Below are positions 52,320 to 64,000 of a stretch of DNA of 64,000 nt, one piece after another. Each line of letters begins with the position of its first letter. Position 1 is the first letter of the stretch. Source of the DNA: Octopus bimaculoides (taxonomy: Eukaryota); NCBI RefSeq assembly GCF_001194135.2, contig NC_068988.1:34715109-34779108 (forward strand), read 5' to 3'. The translations under genes and the position numbers were made by a program. The notes under the pieces were generated by a model. The model saw nothing but the letters and a program-made list of their open reading frames with translations, was not told the DNA's origin and ran no database searches.

Positions 52320-54119
52320 TACACACACATACACATGCATACATACATAGAAATTTATTTTTACACATGAAGCTATAAATACTTTCTATTATAGGCACAT
52401 GGCCTGAAATTTGCAGCTGCTAATTGATTGCATTGACTTGAGTTCTCAGCTGCTACTTATTTCATGGAGCTGGAAAGGATGAAAGGCAAAGTTGATTTCA
52501 GTGGAATTTAAACTCAGAACGTAAAGATGTTGTTAAGCTTCATCTGCTGTAGTTAAGCTCTATCTACTTTTGAGTTCCATTATTAAAAATGATTTATCTC
52601 ATGTCTCAAAGTTTCTAAGTTCTTATGATGTAAACTATAAAGATATATGAGTAACAATTGTGTACGACTGCAGGTGAATTTTCAACTAATAGATTCCAAA
52701 TCATCTTTATGAAGTGGCTACACTGAGAACTGATTCACCCTTTAGTGCTGGAAATTTCTGCTTTAGTAGATCCAGGATTTGATGCAGTTTGTTTCTGTTA
52801 TTAACACCAATATAGCTGTGTGCTCTTTTAAGGCACAAAACTCTCCCAAATATAACATCCAATATCGCATGGTGTTCATTACAAAAACAGTTGTCCTGTG
52901 TTGAGCAACAATAGTAGAGATGGAATAGGATCTCTCTAAATCTCCTATTTGGTCTTGTGCTCATTTAATGAAATGTTTTGAGTGATGTTTACTATGTGGT
53001 GTTTTGTTGTTGTTTGTATTATTTTGTTTTTGTTTTTGTTTCCAGTGTATTCTTTGAAGAGTTTAAACATTTGTTTTTCTCTTCTGTGTAATTCGAAGCT
53101 TAAAAAATTGTTATAAATGAATTAAGATGTTGAGGCATGGCTGTGTCATGAACAAGTTTGTTTTCCTACCACCTAGTTTCAGATTCAGTAACATTGTGTG
53201 GCACATTGGGCAAGAATATCTTCTATTATAGCCCTAGGCTAATCAAAGCCTTGTGACTAAATTTGGTACAGAGAAACTGAAAGAAGCTTTCCATGTATAT
53301 TTAAAGTCACATTGAATATGATAAGCATCAATCTGATATAATCTATTTTTTAATCTTTTACTTGTTTCAGCCATTGGACTTCAGCCATGCTGGGGCATGC
53401 CGTAAAGGGTTTAATTGAACAAATGAACCCCAGTTCTTTTTCTTTTCTTAAGTTTGGTACTTAGCCTATTGATCTCATTTGTCCAAAGTTCTAACTATTG
53501 GAGGCATAAGAACACACACACACAGAAGGGGTTTTTGCACAGTTTTCATCTACTGAATCTATTCACAAGGCATTGGTCAACCTGGGTCTAGTATAGAAGC
53601 TACTAGCCCAAAGTGTCACACAGTGCGACTCAACATCAAATCACATGGTTACAAAGTGAGTTTCTTAATTACACAATTATAGGGAAAAAAAACTTTGAAG
53701 AAACAAATGCAGTAAATAAACTCACTCTGATGAGAATGAGATCATGTAAATGATGTGCTTTATAGAAAAATTGGTAACACAGTAATCTGGCAATGATAGA
53801 TACCTGGTTATGACCCTGTCATGGGGGCATGTTTCACTTTTCTGTCTTAAATTGATATTTTCTGACTTGGATCCTTTTAATAACAACTGACTGGAGACTA
53901 AACCTGTGTTTTTGTTTTGATATAAACTTCATCTTTTAAAGTGATTATATCTACATTAAAAACTTACATCATTATTTTATGCAGCATCTTTCGGTTAAGT
54001 TATATTCCAAACACCAGATTAATGGTGACAAGGTTAGAGATGTTATTAAATACCAAATTGATAATGCCACTATTAGTTATTTTACTAAATTTCTCCAAAT
54101 TCCTAATTATTTTCAAAAA

Positions 54120-54520
54120 TTAATACTCTTTTACTCTTTTACTTGTTTCAGTCTTTTGACTGTGGCCATGCTGGAGCACCGCCTTTTAGTCGAGAAAATC
54201 GACTCCAGGACTTATTCTTTAGAAGCCTAGTACTTATTCTATCAATCTCTTTTGCCGAACCGCTAGGTTACAGAGACATAAACACACCAGCATCGGTTGT
54301 CAAGCGATGTTGGGGGAACAAACACACACATACAAACATACACACACACACACATACATATATATACATATATACGACAGGCTTCTTTCAGTTTCCATCT
54401 ACCAAATCCACTCACAAGGCTTTGGTCGGCCCGAGGCTATAGTAGAAGACACTTGCCCAAGATGCCACGCAGTGAGACTGAACTCGGGACCATGTGGCTG
54501 GTAAGCTAGCTACTTACCAC
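54120..54520 (-). mobile_element. well-preserved bipartite tRNA-headed SINE with (AGAGTAAA)n tail
   Basis: Head gtggtaagtagctagcttaccagccacatggtcccgagttcagtc; internal microsatellite; tail gtaaaagagtaaaagagt. Decayed relatives at about 23890-24070, 27240-27480, 27950-28110, 38770-39120, 53130-53640, 54560-54720 and 56530-56740. Confidence 0.85.
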
Positions 54521-54756
54521 TTTGAAATATGCTCATGCATGCTAGTAGTTAAATATATTTAAGGTGCAAGTATGGCTGTATGTTTAAGAAGTTCAGTACT
54601 TAGCCATGTGATCTCAGGTTCAGTCCTACTGCATAGAACCTTCAGCAAGTGCTTTCTTCTGCAATCCTTAGATTGACCAAAGATGTGCAAGTTTGTGATT
54701 GAATCTTATAGACAGAGAGTAAAATGAATTCATCATCGTCATCATCAGAAGCATCA

Positions 54757-54856
<100 letters not shown>

Positions 54857-55094
54857 TTATTATATGTTTTATATCTTTTCTTTACTGTATTGTACTCTAT
54901 GCCCACCAGTATTTCTTTGCACCCACTTAAAGTTAATACACCTTTGTTTATAATTATAATTAGATTCAATTAGTATTTCTCTCTTATCTTAGGGAATTTG
55001 TTTTTGATTTTTAGGCATACTTAGTAAATTGCTTGATGCAAGGTAACTTTTCTCATAGTACCAATCTGCCTGTGGACCCAATATTAATTGTACC

Positions 55095-55799
55095 CATTAG
55101 TGCCATTCCTATGAAGTTCATTGCTGATTGTTCATAGTGTAACACTAGTCCCTGAAGCTAACAAATCTTCTTGCAACTCCTTTCTGGTGATCATTGCGTT
55201 TTTTTCAATACTTCACTTCATTTTTCTTAAAGATCTAGGGGAAATCTTGTGTGGTGCACCGGATCTTATTCTGTTCTCAACAGTTCCCAATTTTTTTATA
55301 CCTTTGAATAAATGAAGATATGGTAGAAAATGGAATACAAAGGGTCTCTGATATTTTCCTGTAACTTTTACCTGCTTTCCACTGTTCAATAATTAAGTTT
55401 TTCACTGAATTTGTGAGTTCTTTACTTTTTGCCATTATTACAACACTACTTTATGTTGTCTCAGTGCTGAATGAAGAAGCTAGCATTTTGACACTTAAAA
55501 ATGACCACTGATAAGATTATAGGAACAAACGAGAAAGTTCTAGTAAGAAAAAAATTATTTTAACAGTATTTTGTGGCATAGAAACTCATATATTTATTCT
55601 GTACGAACACTTTTTTCACCCCTAAATATTTATAATTGTATATAAATTCATTAGTTACAATAATTTATTAGTTTCTTTTGCATATTCTTAGTTTATGCAT
55701 GTGTATGCAAATATAGTATTGGTATATCCCATTTATGTTCATTAGAAATTAGATAAATAAAGAATTTTGGCATGTACGAATATTTATTTCCCCCCACTG
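55095..55799 (-). mobile_element. Tc1-family transposon, 5' half with frameshifted transposase N-terminus (55435-55102)
   Basis: TA|CAGTGGGGGAAATAAATATTCGTACATGCC TIR; MAKSKELTNSVKNLIIEQWKAGKSYRKISETLCIPFSTISSFIQRYKK/LGTVENRIRSGAPHKISPRSLRKMK*SIEKNAMITRKELQEDLLASGTSVTL*TISNELHRNG (HTH domain). Confidence 0.9.
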
Positions 55800-55830
55800 T
55801 ATGTACATACGTGCATACACACACAGACAG

Positions 55831-55862
<32 letters not shown>

Positions 55863-57293
55863 TGGAATTTTGTTTGTATATTCACTTTAAATAAAATAAA
55901 CTGCATCACCTTGTTTAGCCCTAATTTAATCTAGTACAGAAGGTCTATAACCAAAAGTATTCCAATTGTGACCATCCAGTCCTTTCAGATGTAGTATATT
56001 TCATATTACATTACTATAGGTCTCCATCACATTTTAGAAAAGCAGCAGAATTTTGATTGAAGAGAAAGTTTAGCTGGTATTTCTAGCAAATCAAGCATCT
56101 TCATAGAAGTTTGCTGTTTGGGTTAGTTTAGTACAGTTATAGTATTTTGTTTGGAAAGTTATTTTCCATTTCAAAAGCAAATGGAAAGGTAAAGAAATTT
56201 CTCTTTTGATGTATTTATTTGGATTGAAGCGCTCTAGGAACTGAAGCATATTATTCGACAACAAGTTAAAGTACTGAAGCCAGATACATAACGAGATAAC
56301 TGAGAACAAGTTTAGCTTCCATCAGCATCATGATTTTACTGTCCACTTTTCTGTGCTTGCATGGGTCGGACAAAGTTTCTTTAAGGCAAATTTCTCATGG
56401 CTGGATGCCCTTTCTGTCAAATTCTCATTTGTTTCCAAGTAAGGTAATATTTTTCCCATAACTGAACATGTTTTCACGAAAAATTGAAAGTGGACACTGC
56501 TTGTATGATGGTGATATTCATTTAAAAATATTGCTTAATGACAAGACATTTGAACACACACATACACCAGATGGGTCTCTTCCATTATCTGTCAACCAAA
56601 TTCGCTTACAAGGCTTTATGTCTTCCTGGGGCTAGATTAGAGGTAGAAGAGACTTGCACAAGGCATCACACAGCAGCACTGAATGTGAAACCATGCAGTG
56701 GAGAACCAAACTTTTTTAACCCCCACAGCTATACTTGTAAAGCTGAAAATAAAGGCATTTGTGAGTTGTCATATTCTGCAATTAGCTTCAGATAATTTCC
56801 AAGNNNNNNNNNNCAAAAAAAAAAGTGTCCTAAAGATTTCTTTTAAAAAAACACCTGTAGAAGTTTTAAAATGGAAAGTGATTTTGTGCTGCTTTGTAAT
56901 TTCCATTTTGATTTTTCGAATATCTTTAAACCAGTTTTATGTAACCACTCAATCAATTTAATGTCTACATAAATTAAATGTAGGAATGTGTTTAAATGTA
57001 TGCATCTAAACACAGATTTATATCATGGCTCAGTATAAATTTTATGGTGTTGTGGATGGTAAATTATTTAATTAATACAAATAACATCTAATAAATCAAA
57101 ATAAGCCACTATGTGCTGTTCTTTCTTCCTTTCTGTATCATCTCAGGAACTGTCAGAGTGTGAGGACGTGACTTTTGTTATATTCTAATGAGACTCCGAC
57201 AATTTACAATCAAAATTGATTGCCCACTTTGTTGTAACATATATCATTATCATTAGTTTGTGATTTAAATTATTTATTATATATATATTTATT

Positions 57294-57340
<47 letters not shown>

Positions 57341-57350
57341 NNNNNNNNNN

Positions 57351-57387
<37 letters not shown>

Positions 57388-59057
57388 TGTGTGTGGTTGA
57401 TTCAATTTTAATTTGTAAAGAGTGGCAGGCATGCTGGCATTTCTCAAACTCATTCCATCTGGTGCACATGCTGTGTAAAAATGAGGAAATGTATGTTGAA
57501 ATGGTTCTAGCAATGGATGTTGGGGTTTACAATATATTTGTTTAGGGGTTCTTGGTTTCTTGTTATTTGGTGGTTTTATTGTTTATATTATATCATACTC
57601 CAGTGTTGCATGATTGTCCTTCTTTGGGATTCAAATTATTGTAAGAATAATACTTGTTTAAAGAGGTTTCTAATTGATGAAGATATTGTTGACTCTATAT
57701 CTGGCCCTTTCATTCTTTTTGTTCTTGCTAAGCCTTCATTAACTGCCTCTGTTCCTTATTTGATACTCATATTTTTTATGTCCCTCTTCTATTCACTGTA
57801 CCATGTCAAACATCATACTGTTACTACTAACCATTTCTTTGACATCCATCATTCACGCTAACTTGTTCTTATCAGAAAGCATCTAGCTGCCACTGGGTTT
57901 CTCTCCCATTATGATACCTGAGGAATGAGGGTCTACATTGGATCTATTAGTATGTGCTGTAAATTTATCCACCTGTGCTGCTTGATATCAGTCTCTATTA
58001 TATCACTATTCATTGTTGTCTAGCAGTCAGTCTTTCCCTTTGCTATCTCAACTGTCCATTACTAGTGTTTTAACTTACCACCTAGCATCACCCACACCAC
58101 TCCCTATACTGTTAACCACCACTTTCTCTCTTTCAGGTCACTCATTACTGACATCCATCACACACTTATCATTGATTTACCTAATATTTGCCACTCTATT
58201 ACATGCAAACATGTAGCTACCATTGGCATCTCACATCGATTAACCTATTCTACCATACCTTTACTGCCTCTCTTCCGTGCTCCTGTGGCACTATCTCCCC
58301 TATTTTGTACGTTCTCCTCTTCCTCACTCTCATCAATTACTGTTTCCTCCTCAAGTTCTTCATTCTCATTTCTCTCTCATATTGCTCTCTCTTCTAACTA
58401 CTCTATTGGCCACATTTCTTTGGACAAAATGAAACAATATACGTGCGGTGAGGTCTCACTTATGTCTTACAGGGTTCAAGGTAACCTTAATGATTTTGGC
58501 ACCTTGATAAGATACATCCTGTATGCTATATAAAGTGGTCAGCATTAGGAAAGGCATTCAGTCATAAAAACCAATTCCAATATAAAAAATGCAAGTGAGA
58601 TGCAGTTCCATAATCATATTTAGGAGGGTAGTAACTCTGAATTAGAATTGACTCAGTCTGTGATAACCTATCCAGCCTTTGTTACCATTGGAAAGTGAAC
58701 ACAAATTGATGATGAAAATATCACCAAAGCTTTGTGAAAGCAATTTGGTATACAGAAACCTTTTGTGTGTGTGAGTGTGCACATGTGTTATGTTGTTCCC
58801 CTTTACAACTTGGTTATTTCATAAATAAAGATCGATAAAATAAGTATTATACTTAAACAATAAGTATTGAGTTTGTATGACTGACTATAACTCTTGAAAA
58901 TAGTGCACCATCAAGTAGGCATGCAGGTGGGAATAGGAGGAATGTATACAGGTGGCAGAAATGCATGTCTATAGGCAGGGAGAACCACATGTATGTATGT
59001 TAACATTCCTGCCTTCATGCATCCATACATAAATTCTTTCCTGCCTACATACATATA

Positions 59058-59961
59058 TGGTCTGATCAATAAGTATTCGGACTGTTGCCATAGTAATGAA
59101 GCTAAAGCACACAGTGATGCTGCTCGGTACAGATTGACCTTGAACTCTGCTGTGTACACGCACTAAGTTTTAACATTCTAGATCATTTCTGCTGTTCACA
59201 GCAGTACTTGGAAGGAAGGTGTGTAGTGTGTGATCACCGCACTGACCATGACAGAGCAAGTTGAGCAAAGAATCTGCATCAAATTTTGCCAAAAGCTTGA
59301 CAATACCTGCTCAGAGGCTTATGCAAAGTTTTCAAAAAGTTTTCATCCTTCTTGACACAAACAAAGAGATCTTGTGCAACTGAAACCTGAGTGTCTTCTT
59401 GGTCAGCTGAAAGCAGTTTTGGCACAAACAAGGCAGACACGTGTCTCATACCTGAATCCTCAGTGATAATGGACTGAATTGAACTGAACTGTAACTAATC
59501 TGCACATCCTCTGATAACTCACAGATGTTGATTTGATGATTTCCCCTCACAGCTGCATGTACATCTGCAATGTTTTTNNNNNNNNNNATTTGATGATTTC
59601 CCCTCACAGCTGCATGTACATCTGCAATGTTTTTCTCAGTTCTGCTGGTTGCAGGTCTCCCAGAACGTTCGTCAATATCAACGCTTTTTGGCCATCTTGG
59701 AAACATCTGAAACACTCATACACTTGTGTGCGGCTCATACACTCCTCTCCATACACTTTCTGCAATTTTGCATAGGCCTCTGAGCAGGTATCGCTATGAC
59801 AACTTTCTCTGTCATGGTCAATGTGATGACCACGTGCTACACACCTTCCTTCCAAGCACTGCTGTAAACAGTGGAAGTGAGCTAGAATGTTAAAACTTCA
59901 CTCTGCAGGCTTTAGCTTTGTTACTATGGCAACAGTTCGGATACTTATTAATCAGACCTCA
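59058..59961. mobile_element. mariner derivative made of two inverted 5' ends
   Basis: Both ends carry the TIR (ga)ggtctgat.aataagtat.cg.actgttgccatag next to TA. The + arm encodes MTEQVEQRICIKFCQKLDNTCSEAYAK; the - arm encodes TCSEAYAKLQKVYGEECMSRTQVYEC...DERSGRPATSRTEKNIADVHAAVRGNHQINICELSEDVQIS. Confidence 0.85.
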
Positions 59962-61183
59962 TATATGTTTTTTTTTTGTTTGCAAGACTACATACATGTG
60001 TTCCTGCCAGCCTATATACGTACATGTATTCCTGATTGCTTTGCATACATTCATACTTGCAAGTCTACATACATGCATTCCTGTCTGTATGCATATTCAC
60101 ATGCATTTCTTCTCAACTGCATACATACGTGTATTCAGGGAGATTTATGTAATTATGATTGAAATATCTGCAAGATCATCTGAACATATTATCATCCATC
60201 TCTCACACTTCATTATAGAACAGTGCATTAAGAAGAATGGAGCTTTATTGTTGTTTTATTGCTAATTTTTGTTGTCAAAGCTATCATTGACTTTTTTATT
60301 TAGCTATTTTCGTTTATTTTCTCTTTTTATATATATATATATATATTTTTTTTTTTTCGAAGCTTTTTGGCTATTCACCTAATTATTGAATGAGAAAATA
60401 GCTGAAACCTAGGCTGCAACTTAAATCAGTATAATTATTGATACTAAATTAATTGCTCATTAAGTTGATACAGTTTCTTCTAATGACTATTTGCATAGCT
60501 GTCTCTGGGATAATTAGCATTGCATTACCCCTCTTACTTATACCTTTCCTTGCTTTTCCGAAGATAAATTTAAAAACCAAAATAACAAAATAGAGAAATA
60601 AATATAACAAAGAAAAAAATCCAATTAAGGTTTCAAAAGATCTTTACAATTAGATAACTTGTTAAACATATAATAAAAAAAAAATGATCTCAGGAGGCTG
60701 TTTGATACACACACACACACACATACGCACACACACAGTCATGTACTCACATGCACACACATGCCTGCTTACACCCACACACTGAGCACACAATGGACAC
60801 ATGAATATGAGACTTTCTTAACAATTGACCTTGCATTTACAAAGAGCCATTGCAACCTAACTCATTATAATGTAGTACACAAAATAAAATTGTATAGAAA
60901 AATACTCATTGACTGCTCTACAGTTTTCTGTAGAATTATACAAAAAGAAAAAAAAAAGAAGAGAAAAACTGGAGGCTTTGTTAATCGCTGAATACAAACC
61001 TAGATTAGAAGCACAGATACAACTCATGTAAAATATATATCATAATGTCTTGAAATATACCTTGATTTACTGTTATTTAATGTTACATCTGGCATTGAGA
61101 TTATAAGCAGTTATAAAATTAATTCTATGGCCCTTCTTGCTCTATTGCATGAAGTATGGACAACATGCTTTTATACAGTTTAA

Positions 61184-61314
61184 CCATTTAGCATTAAGAT
61201 CAATCTGCCAAATGTAATGCTTATTTATTGACATTGTTTCGAATTAGTCATGCATTATCTGATAAAATGGGTAGAATATTTGGGCAAGATATGGTCAGTT
61301 TAAATGCTGAAGGT
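61184..61314. mobile_element. piggyBac-type MITE
   Basis: TTAA|ccatttagcatt ... aaatgctgaaggt|TTAA. Confidence 0.65.
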
Positions 61315-61339
61315 TTAATTTCTGATTGTGATTTTCTTG

Positions 61340-61747
61340 AGATGTCAGCCAAATGAATTTAGGAACATTACTGTTCCAACCCAAACATAAAAGACAAATA
61401 AGAGAATATGGAAAATCCCCAATCATACTTGGACGTAATCATGTTTTTAATACAACGTGTTTGAAAGATATACTGCCCTTTATTTAGACAATTATGCTTA
61501 CACCTGGAAATTTAGATTCACATTTATACCAATAACAATTGGTGCACTTGGTTTTGTAATTAAATGTGTTAGTGAGAATCTGGAAACACTGGTGTTTTCA
61601 CAAAAAGAAACCAACCAGCTAACGCACACATTAGAAATACAATCTGTAAGTGGAACAGTAAAAATATGCAAGATTTTTACTTTTCTCAAGTTCAGAATGT
61701 CTTTTTTCTTTTTATCTGCATTTCAGATAAAGAGCCTTGCATCTTAG
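61340..61747 (+). mobile_element. 3' fragment of an RLE-type non-LTR retrotransposon (different subfamily)
   Basis: WKFRFTFIPITIGALGFVIKCVSENLETLVF...LEIQSVSGTVKICKIF matches the IP...GALG / GTVKICK C-terminus of RLE LINEs. Confidence 0.7.
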
Positions 61748-62089
61748 TTAGAAACCAGCTCTTCTCTTAGTGAAAGACTTCAAGTAGTTAAACATAGAAG
61801 ACAACATACATACATACAATCATAGACATGCTCTTTGTCTGTCTGTCTGTCTGTCTATCTATGTCTTTCTCACACACTCATATGATTGCACCTCTCATTT
61901 GTTAGTCCTTAGGGAAGATGCAGTATCCTTGGCTGTTTTAATTCATCTTCAAATAGGGTTAATAGGATTTTTGGAGAGGCTAATGTAGTTGTTGTCTTAC
62001 TAGAATTTGCATCAAAACATGTTTTAGCATGATGGATCATGTACAAGCCATTTAACTCTTATTTGATGTCACCTAAAAGAAAAGTTTGT

Positions 62090-62567
62090 ATCATTATCCA
62101 TTGCTCTTTTGCTGCTTTATTTTACTGTGTTTAATGGAGCCTTAGATTTGCTAACAAATGTGGTCTCTCGGTATGCTAAAAATAACATAACAGTGAAGTG
62201 CAGTTTTGCTGCCCTTCACATCTACATTAAATCTAATATTTTATCTGGCTAAATCTCTCTCGTATCAATTGGCTGCCTTAAAAAACATGGGGACATATAT
62301 TTAAGTTAATGTAGACCTAGATTAATGTTGCCATTACTAGTAATCACTCCAGACATCATTATGTTGACTGGATGTTTGATTTTTATCACTCTCGGTACAT
62401 GCACTGTCCTCAGATTGACACTCAGATTGCGTCATAGTACTGTTATTTTCACAGATGGTGCCCAACTGAGTTTACAATACTGTGTAACGGAAAAAAATCA
62501 ATAACAAACAATGCGCATGCGCAAAATTAAAAGTATAAAATGGCAACAATTTACCTATCACACCCTA
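62090..62567 (-). mobile_element. internally deleted Tc1/mariner-superfamily element (maT/DD37D-like)
   Basis: TIR-like tagggtgtgataggtaaattgttgccatttt...gcgcatgcgcattgtttg. 62401-62324 reads HVPRVIKIKHPVNIMMSGVITSNGNI, resembling the K.KHP..IM..GV..S.G motif. Confidence 0.65.
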
Positions 62568-62812
62568 CATATATATATAAATATATATCATCATCATCAT
62601 TTAATGTCCGTGTTCCATGCTAGCATGAGTGGGACAGTACCACAAGAGCTGGCCATGCCGAAGCCTGCACCAGACTTCCGTGACTGTTTTGGCAGGATTT
62701 TTACACCTGGATGCTCTTCTTACCATCAACTACTCAGAAGAGTGGACTTAGTACTTTTTACATGGCACCTACACTAGCAGGGTCACCAAGTACTTGCAAG
62801 ACAAAAAAATAA

Positions 62813-62847
<35 letters not shown>

Positions 62848-63100
62848 CTCACTGTCTATCTATCTACACATTATAACAGCATAACATAACATTAAAAAAG
62901 AAAAACCACCAGTTATAACAAATTAAACTTTCTTGTTCTTAATCACCTATTCTCTACCACTGGAGTCTTTCACTGTCTTTATAGACTCTCTTACTAAAGC
63001 ATTTAACAATACATACATTATCCTGCTCTATACTCCAACCATGTTGCTTGAGATACACCTTTACATTAACAGAAGTATACATACTTATGTGAGTTTAACA

Positions 63101-63416
63101 TGAAATTAACGTGCAAGTGGCTGAGCACTCTACAGACACGTGTACCCTTAACGTAGTTCTCGGGGAGATTCAGCGTGACACAGTGTGACACAGCTGACCC
63201 TTTGAATTACAGGTACAACAGAAACAGGAAGTAAGAGTGAGAGATAGTTGTGGTGGAAGAGTACAGCAGGGTTCGCCAGCATCCCCTGCCAGAGCCTCGT
63301 GGAGCTTTAGGTGTTTTCGCTCAATAAACACTCACAATGCCTGGTCTGGGAATTGAAGCCACGATCCTATGACCGCGAGTTCGCTGCCCTAACCACTGGG
63401 CCATTGCGCTTCCACA
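63101..63416 (-). mobile_element. tRNA-headed SINE of the 8326-8711 family, lacking the 3' tail
   Basis: Aligns nearly base for base with about 8397-8711. Confidence 0.9.
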
Positions 63417-63629
63417 GATATCTATATACATCTGCATATACATACATATATATATGCACATACATATGTATATACATATATATATGCGCATATATATATA
63501 TATATATATATACATACACACACACACACACACACACATGCGTCTATATATATATATACATGCACATACATATATATACATACACATATATATGCACATA
63601 TATACATATACTCACACACACACACATAT

Positions 63630-63669
<40 letters not shown>

Positions 63670-64000
63670 TTTTTTTGCACGTATCACGTCCTCGCATTGT
63701 TTTTTGTGTTTGTTCTCCTTTTTGGGAATTTACTAATATATATATATCGCTCCTTAAAATTATGGCTTTTAAGTGTTGATTTCTCAGCCCAAGAATTACA
63801 GCGTGATGTGCTGCTTGACTGGTCCCCCCTCTCCCTCTCTCTCTCTCTCTCTCTCTTTATATATATATATGATGATGATGATGATGATCTTTTCTCCCGC
63901 CATGCCTCTGTCTACCCCTCCATCCCCCTTCGTAGTTTTTCCTTTAAGGTCTTCAGGTTCTGGCTATATATAAATGAGAAACCCATTCTAAATTATCTCG

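Noticed and set aside
52707-52964. 85-aa ORF of ordinary composition
   Set aside because: No domain recognised and no splice support; length is compatible with chance or an old TE.
59530-59636. Tandem duplication inside the mariner arm
   Set aside because: Again brackets a 10-N gap (59578-59587); assembly artefact. Other short gaps: 18065-18087, 29580-29589, 32048-32059, 56804-56813, 57341-57350.
62512-62523. Perfect NRF1/EWG palindrome TGCGCATGCGCA suggesting a promoter, and an exon-like peptide MTQSECQSEDS... nearby
   Set aside because: Both lie inside the maT-like transposon: the palindrome is in the terminal region and another frame carries the transposase motif.

Overview
AT-rich animal genomic DNA from a draft short-read assembly (two long N gaps, several 10-23 N gaps), dense in microsatellites and decayed transposons. 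The repeat set (tRNA-headed SINEs with CAT/ATT/AGAGTAAA tails, RTE, R4/Dong-type and Penelope-like retroelements, Tc1/mariner, piggyBac- and hAT-type MITEs) looks like octopus/coleoid cephalopod DNA. That assignment comes from my recall of these repeats and was not searched. I found no recognisable host gene, rRNA, true tRNA or CRISPR array. Almost all ORFs in the track are microsatellite or SINE read-throughs. The real coding remnants are a Penelope-like GIY-YIG endonuclease (2719-3285, -), four RLE-type LINE 3' fragments (three bounded by (AAT)n), an RTE 3' tip, Tc1, mariner and maT-like transposase relics, and a fairly intact gag/ORF1-like zinc-knuckle ORF (37038-37697, -). That ORF has no ORF2 and runs into a Helitron-type 3' terminus, which is the most unusual structure here. 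Also notable: a fold-back mariner built from two 5' ends, a 43-bp near-perfect hairpin, decayed hammerhead-like motifs, and a speculative chain of 24-72 nt minus-strand exons that could be a host transcript spanning the window.
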